Assembly: GCF_009914755.1 (NCBI RefSeq)
Contig: NC_060947.1
DNA: 64,000 bases
Origin: the human T2T-CHM13v2.0 reference genome, Homo sapiens
Direction: 5' to 3' (one strand)
Part shown: piece by piece, positions 50,295 through 64,000 of the stretch
Numbering within the stretch: position 1 is the first letter of the stretch
How the letters are laid out: the number at the start of each line of letters is the position of its first letter
Program-made: the position numbers and the translations under genes
The notes under the pieces: model-generated
Databases searched by the model: none
The model's input: only the letters and a program-made list of their open reading frames with translations
What the model was told of the DNA's origin: nothing

Positions 50295-50499
50295 CAGGGT
50301 TTCTCCATGACAGCACCACAGACATTTTGGACTGTCCTGTGCATTATAGAACGTTTAGCAGCATCCCTAGCCTCTACCCACCAGATGCCAGCAGCATCCC
50401 CCACATCTCAGTTGTGACAATCAAAAATGTCTCTAGAATTTGACTAATGTCCCCTGGGGGAAAGAATCACCCCCACTCTCACTCTGTTGAGAACCACTG
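50295..50499. mobile_element. MER20 DNA transposon fossil
   Basis: gtttagcagcatccctagcctctacccaccagatgcc...gtgacaatcaaaaatgtctc...gagaaccactg. Confidence 0.85.
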
Positions 50500-50896
50500 A
50501 TGTAACCCCTTGAAATATAGTATGTAGAGAGGCATAGACTTCAAAGTATTGATGTGGGCTTCCCCAATTATTTCTTATTCCTCAGTGCTATGATGCATAT
50601 CTTTAATTGCGTGTTTCTAAAATATTTCTAGTAAGTTGAACAATGATGGAGAGAGCATGTTTTCCATTGAGCCATGACCTCATCAGGCAGGCTGAGATTT
50701 GAGCCATGGTCTGGAGGGACCATTTACTCTGGTCACATGTTGACATTCTGATGTGGTGACACCTGCCCCCCATCCCTGCAACCATCCAGAAAAAAACAGA
50801 GAAATGAAATAGCCTCATAACACCAACTTGTGTTCGCCCTTGAATTAAATGTAAATGATGATCTGCCTTAGTTTTTAAAAAACGGATCTCATTTAA

Positions 50897-50976
50897 ATGC
50901 ACAGCTTATGTCTTATATACATAGTTATGTCTTATGCACAGCTAATATCTTATGCACAGCTTATGTCTTATGCACA
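50897..50976. repeat. 18-bp minisatellite (atgcacagcttatgtctt), about 4.4 copies
   Basis: Units start at 50897, 50915, 50934, 50952 and 50970. Confidence 0.9.
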
Positions 50977-51151
50977 TGGTTCTGGGCAGCCAGTTCACAT
51001 TTCATAGTAAGGTAGGCTGAATCTATATGGGCATGCTATTCTGAATGTTGTACTAAAGGTGATTCAGGAAGGGTAATGGAGCACCATTTTATAGCCAGGG
51101 AATCAATATCCTCAGTGCTCCCACTTCTCACTTGTACAATCATTTCCCCAT

Positions 51152-51757
51152 TGAAAGATATCAGAATATGCCACCACAAAATATGCTACTTTGTCATAAG
51201 GATTATTTTGAGCTGAAGGCAATTGAGAAACAGCAGATGCAAAAAAAAAGAAGAAAAAGAAAAAAAAAAAAAAAACACCGCAGTTTCCTCCTTCCTCCTT
51301 CCCCGTAAAGGCAGGGAATGCAGGGAATACATTTTCCTTTGTGAAAGTGTCCCCTCTCCTTTTTTCTTGTACCAGAAAGAGGAGACAACTTCTATTACTG
51401 GAGATCACAAGAATTTAAATCTGCATAAACAAATAAACCTTACTAAAATAACCCTTGTCTTCCATTAGTTTCCTCCATGTATCTACCTTCCTACAATGTA
51501 CTGCCCCTAGCAGCCCCAAACCCTTTCCTTTCACTTGTTATTTTTTCATACATTTATTTCCCTTTGCTAAAATGGTATATAAGGCCCTGGCTCTGACTAC
51601 TTCTTTGGGGTTTTCACTTCATTTCTGTGAGATCCCCAATGCTTATATGAAATAAACTCCATTTTCCTTTTAATCTTTTTTTTCAAGTTTAGTTTGCAAG
51701 GCCCTGGTCACTGAATCTAAGAGGTTAGAGGAAAAATGATTTTTTTCCTTCTCAACA
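51152..51757 (+). mobile_element. MER34-family ERV1 solo LTR
   Basis: cagaatatgccaccacaaaatatgctactttg...gtatataag...aataaa...ccttctcaaca. Confidence 0.82.
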
Positions 51758-52313
51758 TGATGTTGGCCCTGGGAAGGGGCCACCAAGGTGGATGCACAAC
51801 AGACTAAATTGACAAAACGTGCTGCAGTTGTGCAAATAAATGGGACTGATATCTTCTATCTAGGGAAAACTTTATAAACACTTTTATTCCACCATCTGGC
51901 CTCAGCACTTTTAACCATCATTAAATAACTAAATCTCTGGGCAGCTCTCCCCTTATTTTCTATAAGGAGTTGTCCTTTTGAGAAACCGTTCCATTGTAAA
52001 CTGAAGGCTGCAGTTTGGAGCTTTGACCCTGTAAAATTTGTTTGGAGGCTCACATTGGACTCATCACTTGTTTTCTCTGGCCCTGTATTGATAGAAGGGG
52101 CTGATCTTTCCCTGGAGCAGTTACTTGAGCTTGCCCCTTTTTCCTGAGTAATTATGTTGTACTTCTTGCTGGTGTCACCCTTAGTCTCTGTGAGGCAAAA
52201 TAAATTTCTGGACATCACAGAGTCTACAAATTAAGTCAGATAATCACAAATACAGTCTTCAAATATGTTAAAGCACTGTCTAGATCTTTTTACGGTGTGC
52301 AGTTTTTAGATAG

Positions 52314-52649
<336 letters not shown>

Positions 52650-52796
52650 AGCTCAATAGTTTTAATAAAGTTTTACTGTAATATAGTTGTAAGGTAAAGT
52701 TATCCTGCAACATAGCAAAAACCTGTTATAATTTTCCTTATATTTAATGTATTTTATACTTATGGGCTGTAAAAAATATGAGTATAGAAGATAGGG

Positions 52797-53097
52797 TAGC
52801 CAGGCATGATGCCTCATGCCTGTAATTTCAACATTTTGGGAGGCAGAGGTGGGAGAATCACTTGAGCCCAGGAGTTCAAGACCAGCTTAGGCAACATGGT
52901 GAGTCCCCATCTCTACAAAGAATACAAAAATTAGCCGGCCATGGTGGCATGCACCTCTAGTCCCAGCTACTCAGGAGGCTGAGGTGGGAGGATCACCTGA
53001 GCTCTGGGAGGTTGAGGCTACAGTGAGCTATCATGGCACCATTGCACTCCAGCCTGGGCAACACAGTGAGACCCTGTCTCAAAAAAAGAAAAAAGAA
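52797..53097 (+). mobile_element. AluJ
   Basis: cacttgagcccaggagttcaag, gttgaggctacagtgagc. Confidence 0.92.
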
Positions 53098-55253
53098 GAC
53101 GATAGAATAAAAAGAACTTTCCAAAAAGTTCTTTACATTTAGGAGAGCATGACTTCAAATGATAGATTAAGGGGCACAATCTTATGTAATTCTGGGGCAG
53201 AGAAAAGAGGAAGCAGCTTTAAGACATCTTAGGAAAAAAACTAAATTTGCCTTCAATAAATACAATTAAAGGAGAATCAAATTTTTGACTGTTTGGAAAA
53301 AAGACCAGGTCTCTCCTACTCTATGATGATGTGGAGTCTACATGTGCAATAATAATGTTCTTTTGTGACATCGTGGGAAAAATGAATTTGGAGACTTTAG
53401 CATTACTTTAAAAAATGCCATCTACAAACAATGTTGAATTATGAAGACAAAAAGTCATTTATTTTGGTAACTAAAGAGCAGCTTACAAGCCTGGACACAA
53501 ACCATTGAGAATGTAGTGATGAAACACTTACTTACTTTTTTGTTTTTTTTAAATGTAAAATCCAGAACAGGCAAACCATCAAGCTGGAAAAAGAAATTAA
53601 TATAACCTCACAGGCAAGAGGAAAAGTAAATACTCACTCTAAAGCAGCCGCTGTTGATGCAAGCAAAGGTTAGAGCAACATGGCTGTTTTCTAACAAAGT
53701 GTGAATCCCATTAGTGCTGAAGTGTTATCCCTTCCTTAGTTCTTACATCGCAACCAGAACAGATTTAGGATTTTACTTCCATCTGCATCTCAAGGCTGGT
53801 AAATAGGACCCATGAAGATGTGCAAAAGTGGTGAAGCCATTCAAAAAACTTTGACGTATACACAATAGACAGTGGCCAAAGTCTGCTCAAACACCCCTTT
53901 AGCATGCTTAGAAGGACAAAATAGGGAGTTGGCCTCCCCCAGTTTCCCAGCTTCCCCTGCGACCCCCATTGTCTCTTCCCAAATACACAATGATGCCATT
54001 CCGTGGCTGGTAAATGAGAAACGGAGCACTTGGAAAAGTTTCTTTGGGAAGCTCAGAATTTAAACTTTGTTCTATTTAAAGAAGAAGGTGGAATTAGAGG
54101 AGATGCGGCAGCAGTTAAAAGAGTAAAACATCTGGAAGTTATCAACACTTGCTTATTTGTGTGCCCAATACCAAGGTGATATACTAATTTTAATATTGTA
54201 GTCAATTGGACATTGGTTGTTTATTATAGCAGCTCATATGCAAATACTTGTATTCATTTTTCCCTGGATCAAAACCTGTCAAGTATGTCTCCTAAGCCAG
54301 ATTGAGTCATTGAGCAGAACCAAATAAAATCACAAAATAAAGTTACCTATTCTCATAAAGAAAACTCCAGTGTAAGAAAAGCTCATACCTTGGCAAAGAT
54401 TTTCAACGTGGTTGCAATCAAGTCATTTTCCAATTGCATAAGTAAATAACATTGACCACAAGAAATATTCTGCCAGAAGTACATAGTTGCTATGATTTTT
54501 AAAAATGAAAGGTGTAAAGCTAAGTGTTCAAATTCAAAATTATTGCAATCATGTTTCTGCACTGAATGCATGCAGTGAACATATAATTATGCCACTCTGC
54601 ATTTAATGCAAAGAATATTTCTATCTTAAGGAAAAAGTGTCTAATTCCCAACTGCACAGAACTGTACCAACTTGCCAAGAATAAGGAAATACAAAATCCA
54701 CTGGAAATAACATTTGGTTGTTCACATTAGCATTGAAGACGACTGTGGTTTCGAAATTTCCCTTTTTTTAATTACAGTGAGTAAACTATTTGGCCAACTC
54801 TCTTTGGGCAGCTCAATTTTCATCCTAGCTCACTGGCCTGAAAATGAAGCTGTCAAGAGTCCTAGGTTGAATTTGTTTTTGTGAGAAGAACGTTTAGTAT
54901 AGTATGTCTTCAAAAATCGTGGAGAATCTGTTCAGAAAGATGTATCTTCTTTAAACTGAGTCTGATGAATAGTTTTATTATACAAACTGAAGAAGATCTG
55001 TGTGAAAAGTTCCTTAAAAAATTTAAATCACATATACACCAAGACATATTTTAGTTATCTTATTTGTCTTTAATTACACATCCTTATCAGAATCTATGAG
55101 CAAGTTGAATAAATATCACTGTGTTTTTCGAAGGCAAACTCACATTTGCACCAATACAAATTATTTTTCCATGTTCATTTAACCACCAGGAAAGTTAGTT
55201 GATAGTTATCAAAAACTCTATTGGACAGTTTACTCTTTTCTACAAATAATTAA

Positions 55254-55629
55254 CATTATGGACTAAATGTTTGTGTCTTCCCCAAATTCGTATGTTGAAG
55301 CCTTAACCCCCAGTGGGGTTGTATTGGAGTTGGGGCTTTTATGAAGTAATTAATGTTAAATGAGGTCATAAGGGTGAGGCTCTGATCCAGCAGGATTAGT
55401 TTCCTTATAAGAAGAGACACCAGAGAGCTTGTTCTCTCTCCACGAGGACACACTGTGGAAAGGTAATGTGAGGCTGCAGCGAGCCAGGAAGTGAGTTCTC
55501 ACCTAAAATGGAATCTGTGGACACCTTGATCTTGGACTTTCCAGCCTCCAGAACTGTGAAAAAAATGTCTGCTGTTTAAGCCATCCAGTCTGTAGTATTT
55601 TGTTATGGCAGTCCAAGATGACTAATACA
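55254..55629 (+). mobile_element. MLT1A-like LTR
   Basis: tatggactaaatgtttgtgtc...ccttataagaagagacaccagagagc...gactaataca. Confidence 0.85.
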
Positions 55630-55910
55630 ATGAACAACATAATTTATTACTAGAGATATATTTTAGTTAGTAACTTGTCACTACATTACGGTTTCAGGAG
55701 CAAACAAAAAGTGTGCCAAGATTCAAGAAGAAAAAGTAACCAAAAATCATGCCATCAGCACCTTTAATCTTTAAGTATTATTACTATTTCTTACTAAAAT
55801 GGTACAGTTTGCAAAATCCACACAAGTAAATGTGGTATTTAGCTACCAACTTATACATTTCACGAAGTAACTGCAAAATATAAGCAGATAGTTGTTAAGT
55901 TTATTATATC

Positions 55911-56226
<316 letters not shown>

Positions 56227-57189
56227 TTAGCCCTTGAAGGCAATGTTTAATACATTCTTTTTGTACACAAAAATAAAGGCAATAGAGAATTCATAAAGTA
56301 AGATGTGATTGAAGAATTTTAGAGGTGCTTTGAATCCTTTTTTCCAATATAATTTTCTCATTTTAAAAACAAGAAAGACCAAATAGTGGATGAAAAAGTT
56401 CAAAATAGTTCCTTTTTCTTCGAAAATCAACACATACTGACTAATGCCAATTCCGTTTCATCTCCAGTGTCTGATGAATGAAATGAGGTTTATCCTAATA
56501 TAAATATCTAAAACAAATCTATTGCTAAAACATCTCTTGGAGAGTTGTTATAACGTAACTTTTGTTGATAGACTAGTTATTGCCTATTGTACCAAAACCA
56601 TATGATGTTAGTTTTATAGGAAAAGAACATGTAAGTGAATGTTTTAAAACCAATGAATAATGAAGTACTTAGCCCAATCCCTCTCCCTACCCAGTGCCTT
56701 GTCCAACAGGCAAAATAACCTGTCAGTCACCTTACTTTTTAAAGTGGTTATAAAGTCTTCCTATTTATACTTTACTGCTTGTACTTAATTGTGACATTTT
56801 AAAGGTACATTTAGCTTTAAGCTTCACTTATTATGTCATTAGCAGGTCAACGTTTTCTTATGACTTTTTTTCCTGAAGAAAAACACAGTTTAAAGAGAGC
56901 TCAGGGACTACTGCGTTGCTACTGTGTGGTGATTGTTAGTAACACATCAAAGGGAATAGCCATATTCAAAGTGGCCTCCCACTCCTCTTGTCACCAGTAG
57001 CTCTGCCTCCCAGCCTTTATGGGCCCCCAGACTCTTCTGAATGTTGTTGTGGTTTGCTTTTTTGAAGCCAGCAAAACTCCATCGAGCTGGTATATCATGT
57101 GAAATAACAGCAAAAGTTACAACAGAATCCAAATGTCATTGCATCAACAAATATTATGGTATTATTGTAAAAGGAGATGAGTCAAGAAA

Positions 57190-57232
57190 TATATATTATA
57201 TATATAAATATATGTATGTGTATATATATGCA

Positions 57233-57315
<83 letters not shown>
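57190..57315. repeat. Compound microsatellite (TG)n(TA)n(CA)n(GA)n
   Basis: Direct reading; occupies the tail position of the adjacent Alu. Confidence 0.93.
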
Positions 57316-57316
<1 letters not shown>

Positions 57317-57592
57317 TGGAGTCTCGCTCTGTCACCCAGGCTGGAGTGCAGTGGCGCGATCTAGGCTCACTCCAACCTCTGCCTCCTGGGTTTAAGCATT
57401 TCTCTGCCTCAGCCTCTCAAGTAGCTGGGATCACAGGCACGTGCCACCACGCCCGGCTAATTTTTGTATTTTTAGTAGAGACAAGGTTTCACCATATTGG
57501 CCAGGCTGGTCTTGAACTCCTGACCTCGTGATCCACCTGCCTTGGCCTCCCAAAGTGCTGGGATTACAGGCATGAGCCACCACACCCAGCCG
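57311..57592 (-). mobile_element. AluS (Sg-like)
   Basis: gagatggagtctcgctctgtc...ctgacctcgtgatccacc. Confidence 0.9.
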
Positions 57593-58506
57593 AGACAACA
57601 AATATGAAACCCAAAGAATGACACATAAAGAAAAAAGAAGATAATAATCACCTAGCCTTTTTTCTTTTATGATTTTATTTTATTCTGATTCTCAAAACAT
57701 TGTTACATTTAATTTGCTAAACCTTGTTAAACAGTAGGTGGCTATTGGATAAACTTTAATAGGAAATTTGAGACTTTATTAAATCCCTTTGTTACTATGA
57801 AGTCAATGTAAGTTTTATGGTATTCTGGGATTAACTTTTTGCATCTTAAAAATAGAGACAACTATGAAAACTGTATCTAGGTGAGTGAACTTGATTTCTC
57901 CCAGTATGCCTACTGCAGTTTCTACCTCTAAAAGGCTACATCATCTTGAGCAGGTTGCTTGATATCTCTAAAACCCAGTTTCACATTTTGTTTCAAAAGT
58001 TCTACTCCGTAAATATTGTTGAGAAGATTAAATGAGACCATGCGCATCTTTAACTCTGTGCCTGGTACATGATAAAAACCCAGGAAACATTGGTTCCTTT
58101 CTTCTTAGTAATAATAAAAGAATATTTATTGAGGCCGTCAGCCACTACACTGAGCATTCTACATGCTTCATCACATTTAACCTTACAACAGCTCCATGAA
58201 GTTGGCACTTACTATCCCCAACTTACAAATGAGAAGACTGAGGCCTAGAAAGATGGAGTCACTTGCTTAAGAATGCATTTGAGCTAAGCTGTAGAGCTAA
58301 GGTTTTAACTCCAAATCCTGCCTTACCCATTGGCTAAGTATAGCCCCACTGGCCAATCTGCTAATTCGGGGGGGCTCAGTCCACTTATTCATTGAGCAAA
58401 TATTATTGGGTACATACTATGTTTTAGGTACTTTATGAATTGCTGAAGATGCAATGATGAGTAAAGCAAACATGACTTTCATCCTCATGGAACTCACAAC
58501 CTAGTC

Positions 58507-58736
58507 CAGGGTTTTTCAACTTTGGTGCTATTGACATTTGGGGCTGGACAATTCCTTGTTATGGGGACTGCTGTCCTATGCATTGTAGGATGTTTAGCAG
58601 CATCTCTGGTTTCCACCCACTAGATGTTAAGAGCAAGACCTTCCCCAACCCAAGTTGTGACAATAAAAAATGTCTCCAGACATTGTCAAATGCTTCCTGA
58701 GGAAGGGGTGGGGGGTGTGTGAAATGAGAACCACTG
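58507..58736. mobile_element. MER20 DNA transposon fossil
   Basis: cagggtttttcaac...ctattgacatttggggctggacaattc...gagaaccactg. Confidence 0.88.
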
Positions 58737-58881
58737 CTTAATATTGTGAATACAATATTAAACATTAAGAGGTTTGTGCCTAAAAAATTAGGGAACCTCT
58801 ACTTAGCCTGGGGAAGCAAGGGAAATCTAGGGTCTCTTGTAAAATACAGTGTCTTTCTAGAAAAGTAAAAATAATCATAGT

Positions 58882-59257
58882 TGATATGGTTTGGCTGTGT
58901 CCCTACCCAAATCTCATGTTGAATTGTAGCTCCCATAATCCCCACATGTCATGGGAGGGACCTGGTGGGAGGAAACTGAATCATGGGGGTAGTTACACCC
59001 ATGCTGCTGTTCTCGTGATAGTGAATTCTCACGAGATCTGATGGTTTTATAAAGCGTTTTTCCCCCTTTTGCTTGGCACTTCTCATTGCTGCCACCAGGT
59101 GAAGAAGGATGTGTTTGCTTCCCTTTCCACTATGATTGTAAGTTTCCTCAGGCCTCCCCCAGCTATGCTGAACTGTGAGTCAATTAAACCTATTTCCTTT
59201 ATAAATTACCCCATCTTGGGTATGTCTTTATTAGCAGCATAAGAATGGACTATTACA
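58882..59257 (+). mobile_element. THE1 (THE1D-like) solo LTR
   Basis: tgatatggtttggctgtgtcc ... gaatggactattaca; 5-bp TSD atagt. Confidence 0.92.
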
Positions 59258-59589
59258 ATAGTCATATACCATAATGTAGAGTCTGACATACAACCACCAC
59301 CTCACAAAAAGTTTTCACATTATTTTATTGAAAACGTTCCTGAAACTATCTCTAGTTTAGAAAAGGAAGCCAATCAAATTTTCTCAATAGAAATATGTTT
59401 TATAGTCAACTTATCCAAAACAGGGTGTACCGTGCATTACTATGTTTTCAAAAGAAAATCAAGGATTATAAAGACATAGTGACTCATAATTGGGTCTAAC
59501 TATAGCATTATAATTGTGTAGGTGAGGAAAGCATGCAATTTGAGAAGGCTAGAATCAAGGTCTTGCTAGGTTTGATATGTCCAGGTTTA

Positions 59590-60015
59590 TCACAGTGTTT
59601 TCAGGTTGATGATGTTGTTACTTCTGGCAGGTTAACTCTTGCGATCTAAAATTTACACAACAAAAATTTTATTTCTTGTTCATGCAATAGTCCCACATGG
59701 ATGATCCTGGTTTTTCAGGTCTTCTGAGAGGCTTCCCTCTACACAGCAACTCATAGACCTGAACTTCAACAATCTTATGGCTCTGCCTTCCTTTAGGTAC
59801 TTGGAGTTCTTGCCTTCACCGCGGAAGGGGAAGAAAGAATATGGGGACTGCAATGGAATTTTTACAGACCATGACTAGAATTCTGATATTCCATTGGTTT
59901 AAAACTCAGTCACATGACTACCACTAAATGCAAGGGAGGCTGAAAAATAGAATCCAGGTGTGTGTCTAGAAGAGAAGGGAGGACTGTTTGGTGAACATCC
60001 AGCTATACTTTGCCA
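59590..60015 (-). mobile_element. Old MLT1 LTR remnant
   Basis: cacaacaaaaattttatttcttgttcatgc...ccattggtttaaaactcagtcacatgac...gcaagggaggctg; boundaries approximate. Confidence 0.55.
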
Positions 60016-63000
60016 ATATGATCAAAATCACTTTCATTGCCAAAAAGCCATACCTTATCTAATTTTCAGATTTATAAAATCAGGATTGATAAAATCAGAA
60101 ATATTCTGTGAGGACTAATGAAAGATATATAACTTACATTCTTCCCAAAGACCTTGTGCTATGTATGTATCTGATACCTGGAGAATAATGCACTATGCTA
60201 ATTTATAGCTCCGTTATGAATAGACACATTTTTAATCTGTGGCAGACATGATGTAGTCAATCTGTTATCATTCATTAGAGAAAGGAGAATGTGCTTTGCG
60301 GCCCAGAGTTCATGTCCCCCAGCACTGGTGTAATATTTTCTTTTGCTCTCAATGTGTGAATTATTAAAAATAAGCTAGCTACAATGTCATCATTTTTGAT
60401 TATATCAAAAAAGAAGGCAGAGACAGGGCTGCTTCCAATCTGTGAAGTTATTTAGCATTTAATATTCCCTTCGGGAAATCAATATGATTTGGGGGAGATT
60501 ATTTATATACCACTAGTCAAGTGTGGTTTAAATAAATGTACCGTGTTGGTAGAGCCATGTGAATGAATCTTCAGTGTCAAGACCTTACTATTGTATAAAG
60601 AGATGTTATCATAAATCAGCTAAAAGGAAAATGGTTAGTAAAAATTATCTGGTCATTTTCCTGATATAGATGACTATATTAGGTTCTGTTTTTCTGGTAT
60701 TTGTTCAAATCATAAAAATGAATGTCTGGGCACTGTATACCACACATTAACATTTATTAGTTATTTAAAATGTATATTCTATGAAACTTATTTTATTTTG
60801 GGGAAGTGAAATATGGGCTGGTAGTTCAGACAGGTATACATAATTCATGATTTTTTAACCAGTTAAGTAAAAAAGAATTAACTGAATGGTAACAAAATAA
60901 CTCCCACTGTTAAGCAGTCAGGGTGCATTCTGCATAATTCAGGATACAAATCAATTCCTTCCAGGCTTGATGGAAGTTCAGAGCAGAGGAGGATGGTTAC
61001 CAGGGCAAAAAGAAAAGGGGAAATGAGGGGGCAAAAAGAAAAGGGGAAATGAGGGAAGTCTAGGGTCTCTGAGCTAAGCCACACATTGGTTAGCTTCTCC
61101 GTAGGCCGCTTCACTGGAATCCTGACTCCTATTACAGGAAACAGAAATTCCTGGGAGAAACAAGACAAAAGTGCAACTAAAGGGATGGACTCTTCCAAAG
61201 CAACCTCGAGGGTGTATGCGGAGTGAGAGCCTGCAAGCCTCACTTGAAACAGAGGGTCCACACTGGCTTTCGTTTTCTCTATTTAGCTGGTTCTCAGAAA
61301 CAAAGGGTATATCCTGCTTTAAACAACTAGAGCATGGAACCAGAGGAATACATTATTTGGTTATTACCAAATTTACAAAGGGATTCCACTCCTTATCCAG
61401 ACATTCACTATAAAATGAATATCTAGTGAATTTTCCCTGGAGCCAACAAAAAACATTTTGGCTTACAAAAATTATTTTCACATATTTAGGTTGAACCATA
61501 TGGAATTGTGGATATCTGATCATTTGTGACTAGCAAAAATGGCAGTTTCTTAAGGTTAACCTTAAGATCTAGCTTTCTAGGAACATATCCTTTGTATAAA
61601 GTAAGATGCGTCCTGCTGAGAAACTTTACAATACATCTGATGGGGAGACATTTTAATGGTGTAAAATAATTCAAAGGGTATTATTTCAAGGTTCAAAAAT
61701 CTCCAATGTTCTGACTTCCAACTCTCTTTGGTATGAGTGCTCAAGAAGTTTTTAACCTAAAAGTTGACATTGTCCAATCATTAAGTGATTGGGCCAATTT
61801 GCAACAACAGCAATAACCAAAAAGGTAGATCAGTCATTGGCTTCAAAAAAGAACAAGAAGTTGTTAGCTAGTTGTTAGCTGATGGTATCTTTCCTTTTCC
61901 ACTGTTAGAAATATCATGTGTGCAATGAACTGCATGGTTGTTATTATAGAGTTCCGGGTCTTTTAATATCTGGGAGAGACAGAACAGCAGGCTTCAGGCG
62001 GGTTAGGCGAGTTTTGCCCTTTCTGGCTCATTTGTCTAAGAAAGAATTTGGTGACTTGACAAGTTTCTAGAAGTAGATGAATATTACTTGAGTGAATGCA
62101 GCCAGAGGCAGTTAGCAAATTCTGACCACCATCATAGTTGTCACCCACTGAAATTGAAACTTGAGTCCAAATTTATACAAGTGGATTCACTTACGTGGTA
62201 CAGAATTCACATGCTGTTTATTAACTATCACTGGGTCCTTTTTTCTGAACCCTGTACATTTTTGGATGGCATGATATTTTGGTAGTTGTAATCCTCTTGT
62301 GACAGGTTATAAAAGCCAGTTAAAACTTTCTTGTTTTGTTCTAACTCAGTATACCCAGCTTTAATTGCAATGACGATTTTGATTCAAAAGACAAACTTCA
62401 GGAAAGGAAGTGAAAAAGTCAGCAAGTCTGGAGAAGGTTGGAAGAGGGAGTGTGTGTAGGATGTGGGGAGAGAGAAAGACAGCAGATTCTTCTTCTTTTT
62501 TAAAGGAATTATTCACTTCTAAATGAGACAGCTCATTTTAACTGCCCCGAATTTATGGGTCTAGCCATTGGGGGAAGATTATGTGTCTGGGGTTGTCTGG
62601 GGAAAGAAGCTACCTGGCGGTCCAACATTCACGGTCAATTGTTATTACAGGTGTGGGAACTTGTTGCTGGCAATGAGAGAATTCCTAGGGCAGGAAATTC
62701 AGATGGGGGTTGGTTCATTGATGGGGTGGTCAGGAGGCAGCCAAAGCCCTCTGCCAGTAATGGGTTTAGGTAGCTACTGGAGCTAGTATTTTCTGCTCTG
62801 TAGTTTAGAAGGATGCCACAATCCAACATTTCTCTATAGAAATGCATGGCCTATTTCATGTATCCATTGACTTTATTTTGCCCAGCAGTTACACTCAAAT
62901 AACAAGCAGGCAATATTTTCTTTATAGACAAATTGGCTTATACTGGGTTATAGTAATTAATAAGTTACATATATTACATAATCACATAATCAATAAGTTA

Positions 63001-64000
63001 CATAAATTAATAAGTACATATATTATATATATATATATGGATGGAGAAATTACTTTTTAAAAAACTTGTACCTATTTGTAATCCCACCAACCAAATGAGA
63101 GTTATTAGCTTGTTTTGAGAGATTCCAGCCAGGCCACTCTTACTTTGGAGGAGACCAGGGCATATTCCCCAAATTCTTTCCTTCTTTCCTTTCTTCCTTT
63201 ATCCCTCCCTCTTGCTGACAAACATTGACTGATCACATTCAAACACTGGACACAAAGTCTTCAATCACATTAGTCAGCATGTGTGGGAGAGTAAAAATAT
63301 CATATGTTCTCTTATTTTGTCTTCTTACATAATCCATATAAATATCATAGAAAATTCCAACATGCTGACTTTCAATCCCCCTTTCCCAGATGCTTTTCAC
63401 ATCTGGAAGTCACACAAATTCTTGTGTCAGACCATGCTCCTCAATTTTGCTCTGGAAATATTGTCACCATAACTGTGGGAGACAGAAACCGGCCATGTCT
63501 TTTCTTTAGCCTGACTGCCGCACTCATTAAATGGCTCTTCATCTTTTCTCCTCCTCAATGATGGCACTATGGTGCCTCCTCTTCACATCCCCACCCCCCA
63601 GCCTCAGGTTTAGGCAGTGAAGAGACAAGAGTGCATGGTTATGCAGTGGAACCTTTTAGTACCCTTCCTCCCTTACTTCAGACTCTGTATTGTATTAATG
63701 AGCTATTGTCATGGTGCTTTAAGAAGCCAGGATGAACAACAGCCTTCTTGTCAAGGAAAGTGACAGTCAATTAATGAAGGTTTTCTGTATTGTTTTAAGT
63801 AGGAAAGCCTCCAAATAGCTTTTCAATTGGTGAGAGGAACTTCAGAGCTCACCCTCGTTCCAGAATACTCTGACAAGTTTCAAATTATTAATGGACCTCT
63901 TTCAGGCCTCTGTAAATTTGGGCTTTTATAGTGTCTACTAAAGCCAAGCAAACTGCTCCAATAATTATAAGTTAATAAAACACATTGAGGTGTATATGAC

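Noticed and set aside
50897-50976. CRISPR-like array
   Set aside because: Head-to-tail repeats without unique spacers, in eukaryotic DNA.
59140-59170. PRDM9 hotspot motif in the THE1 LTR
   Set aside because: The sequence cctcccccagcta does not match the CCNCCNTNNCCNC motif.

Overview
Repeat-rich, non-coding human genomic DNA; a human-specific AluYb8 fixes the species. No protein-coding exon, RNA gene or CRISPR array is supported, and the ORF track is Alu/LTR/low-complexity noise. The window holds about 20 Alus, many solo LTRs (MER11, LTR8A, MER50, MER34/MER39/LTR29-like, THE1, MSTA, MLT1, LTR16), hAT DNA-transposon fossils (MER1B, MER20, MER33, MER58A) and old L1/L2/L3/MIR fragments. Subfamily names come from recalled consensus features, not from an alignment run. 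The standout structure is a 762-bp, 98.6%-identical, gap-free inverted duplication (14703-15464 / 16067-16828, 602-bp spacer). It appears to have formed by an Alu-Alu template switch that left a chimeric Alu, and its patchy mismatches suggest gene conversion. Indirect signals suggest the window lies in the 5' introns of an unidentified minus-strand gene: a CpG-enriched segment with twin splice donors near 29.1 kb, a T36-ACAG acceptor at 10.95 kb, and all eight ERV1/ERVK LTRs on the + strand. I found no evidence for a wholly new multi-gene system.
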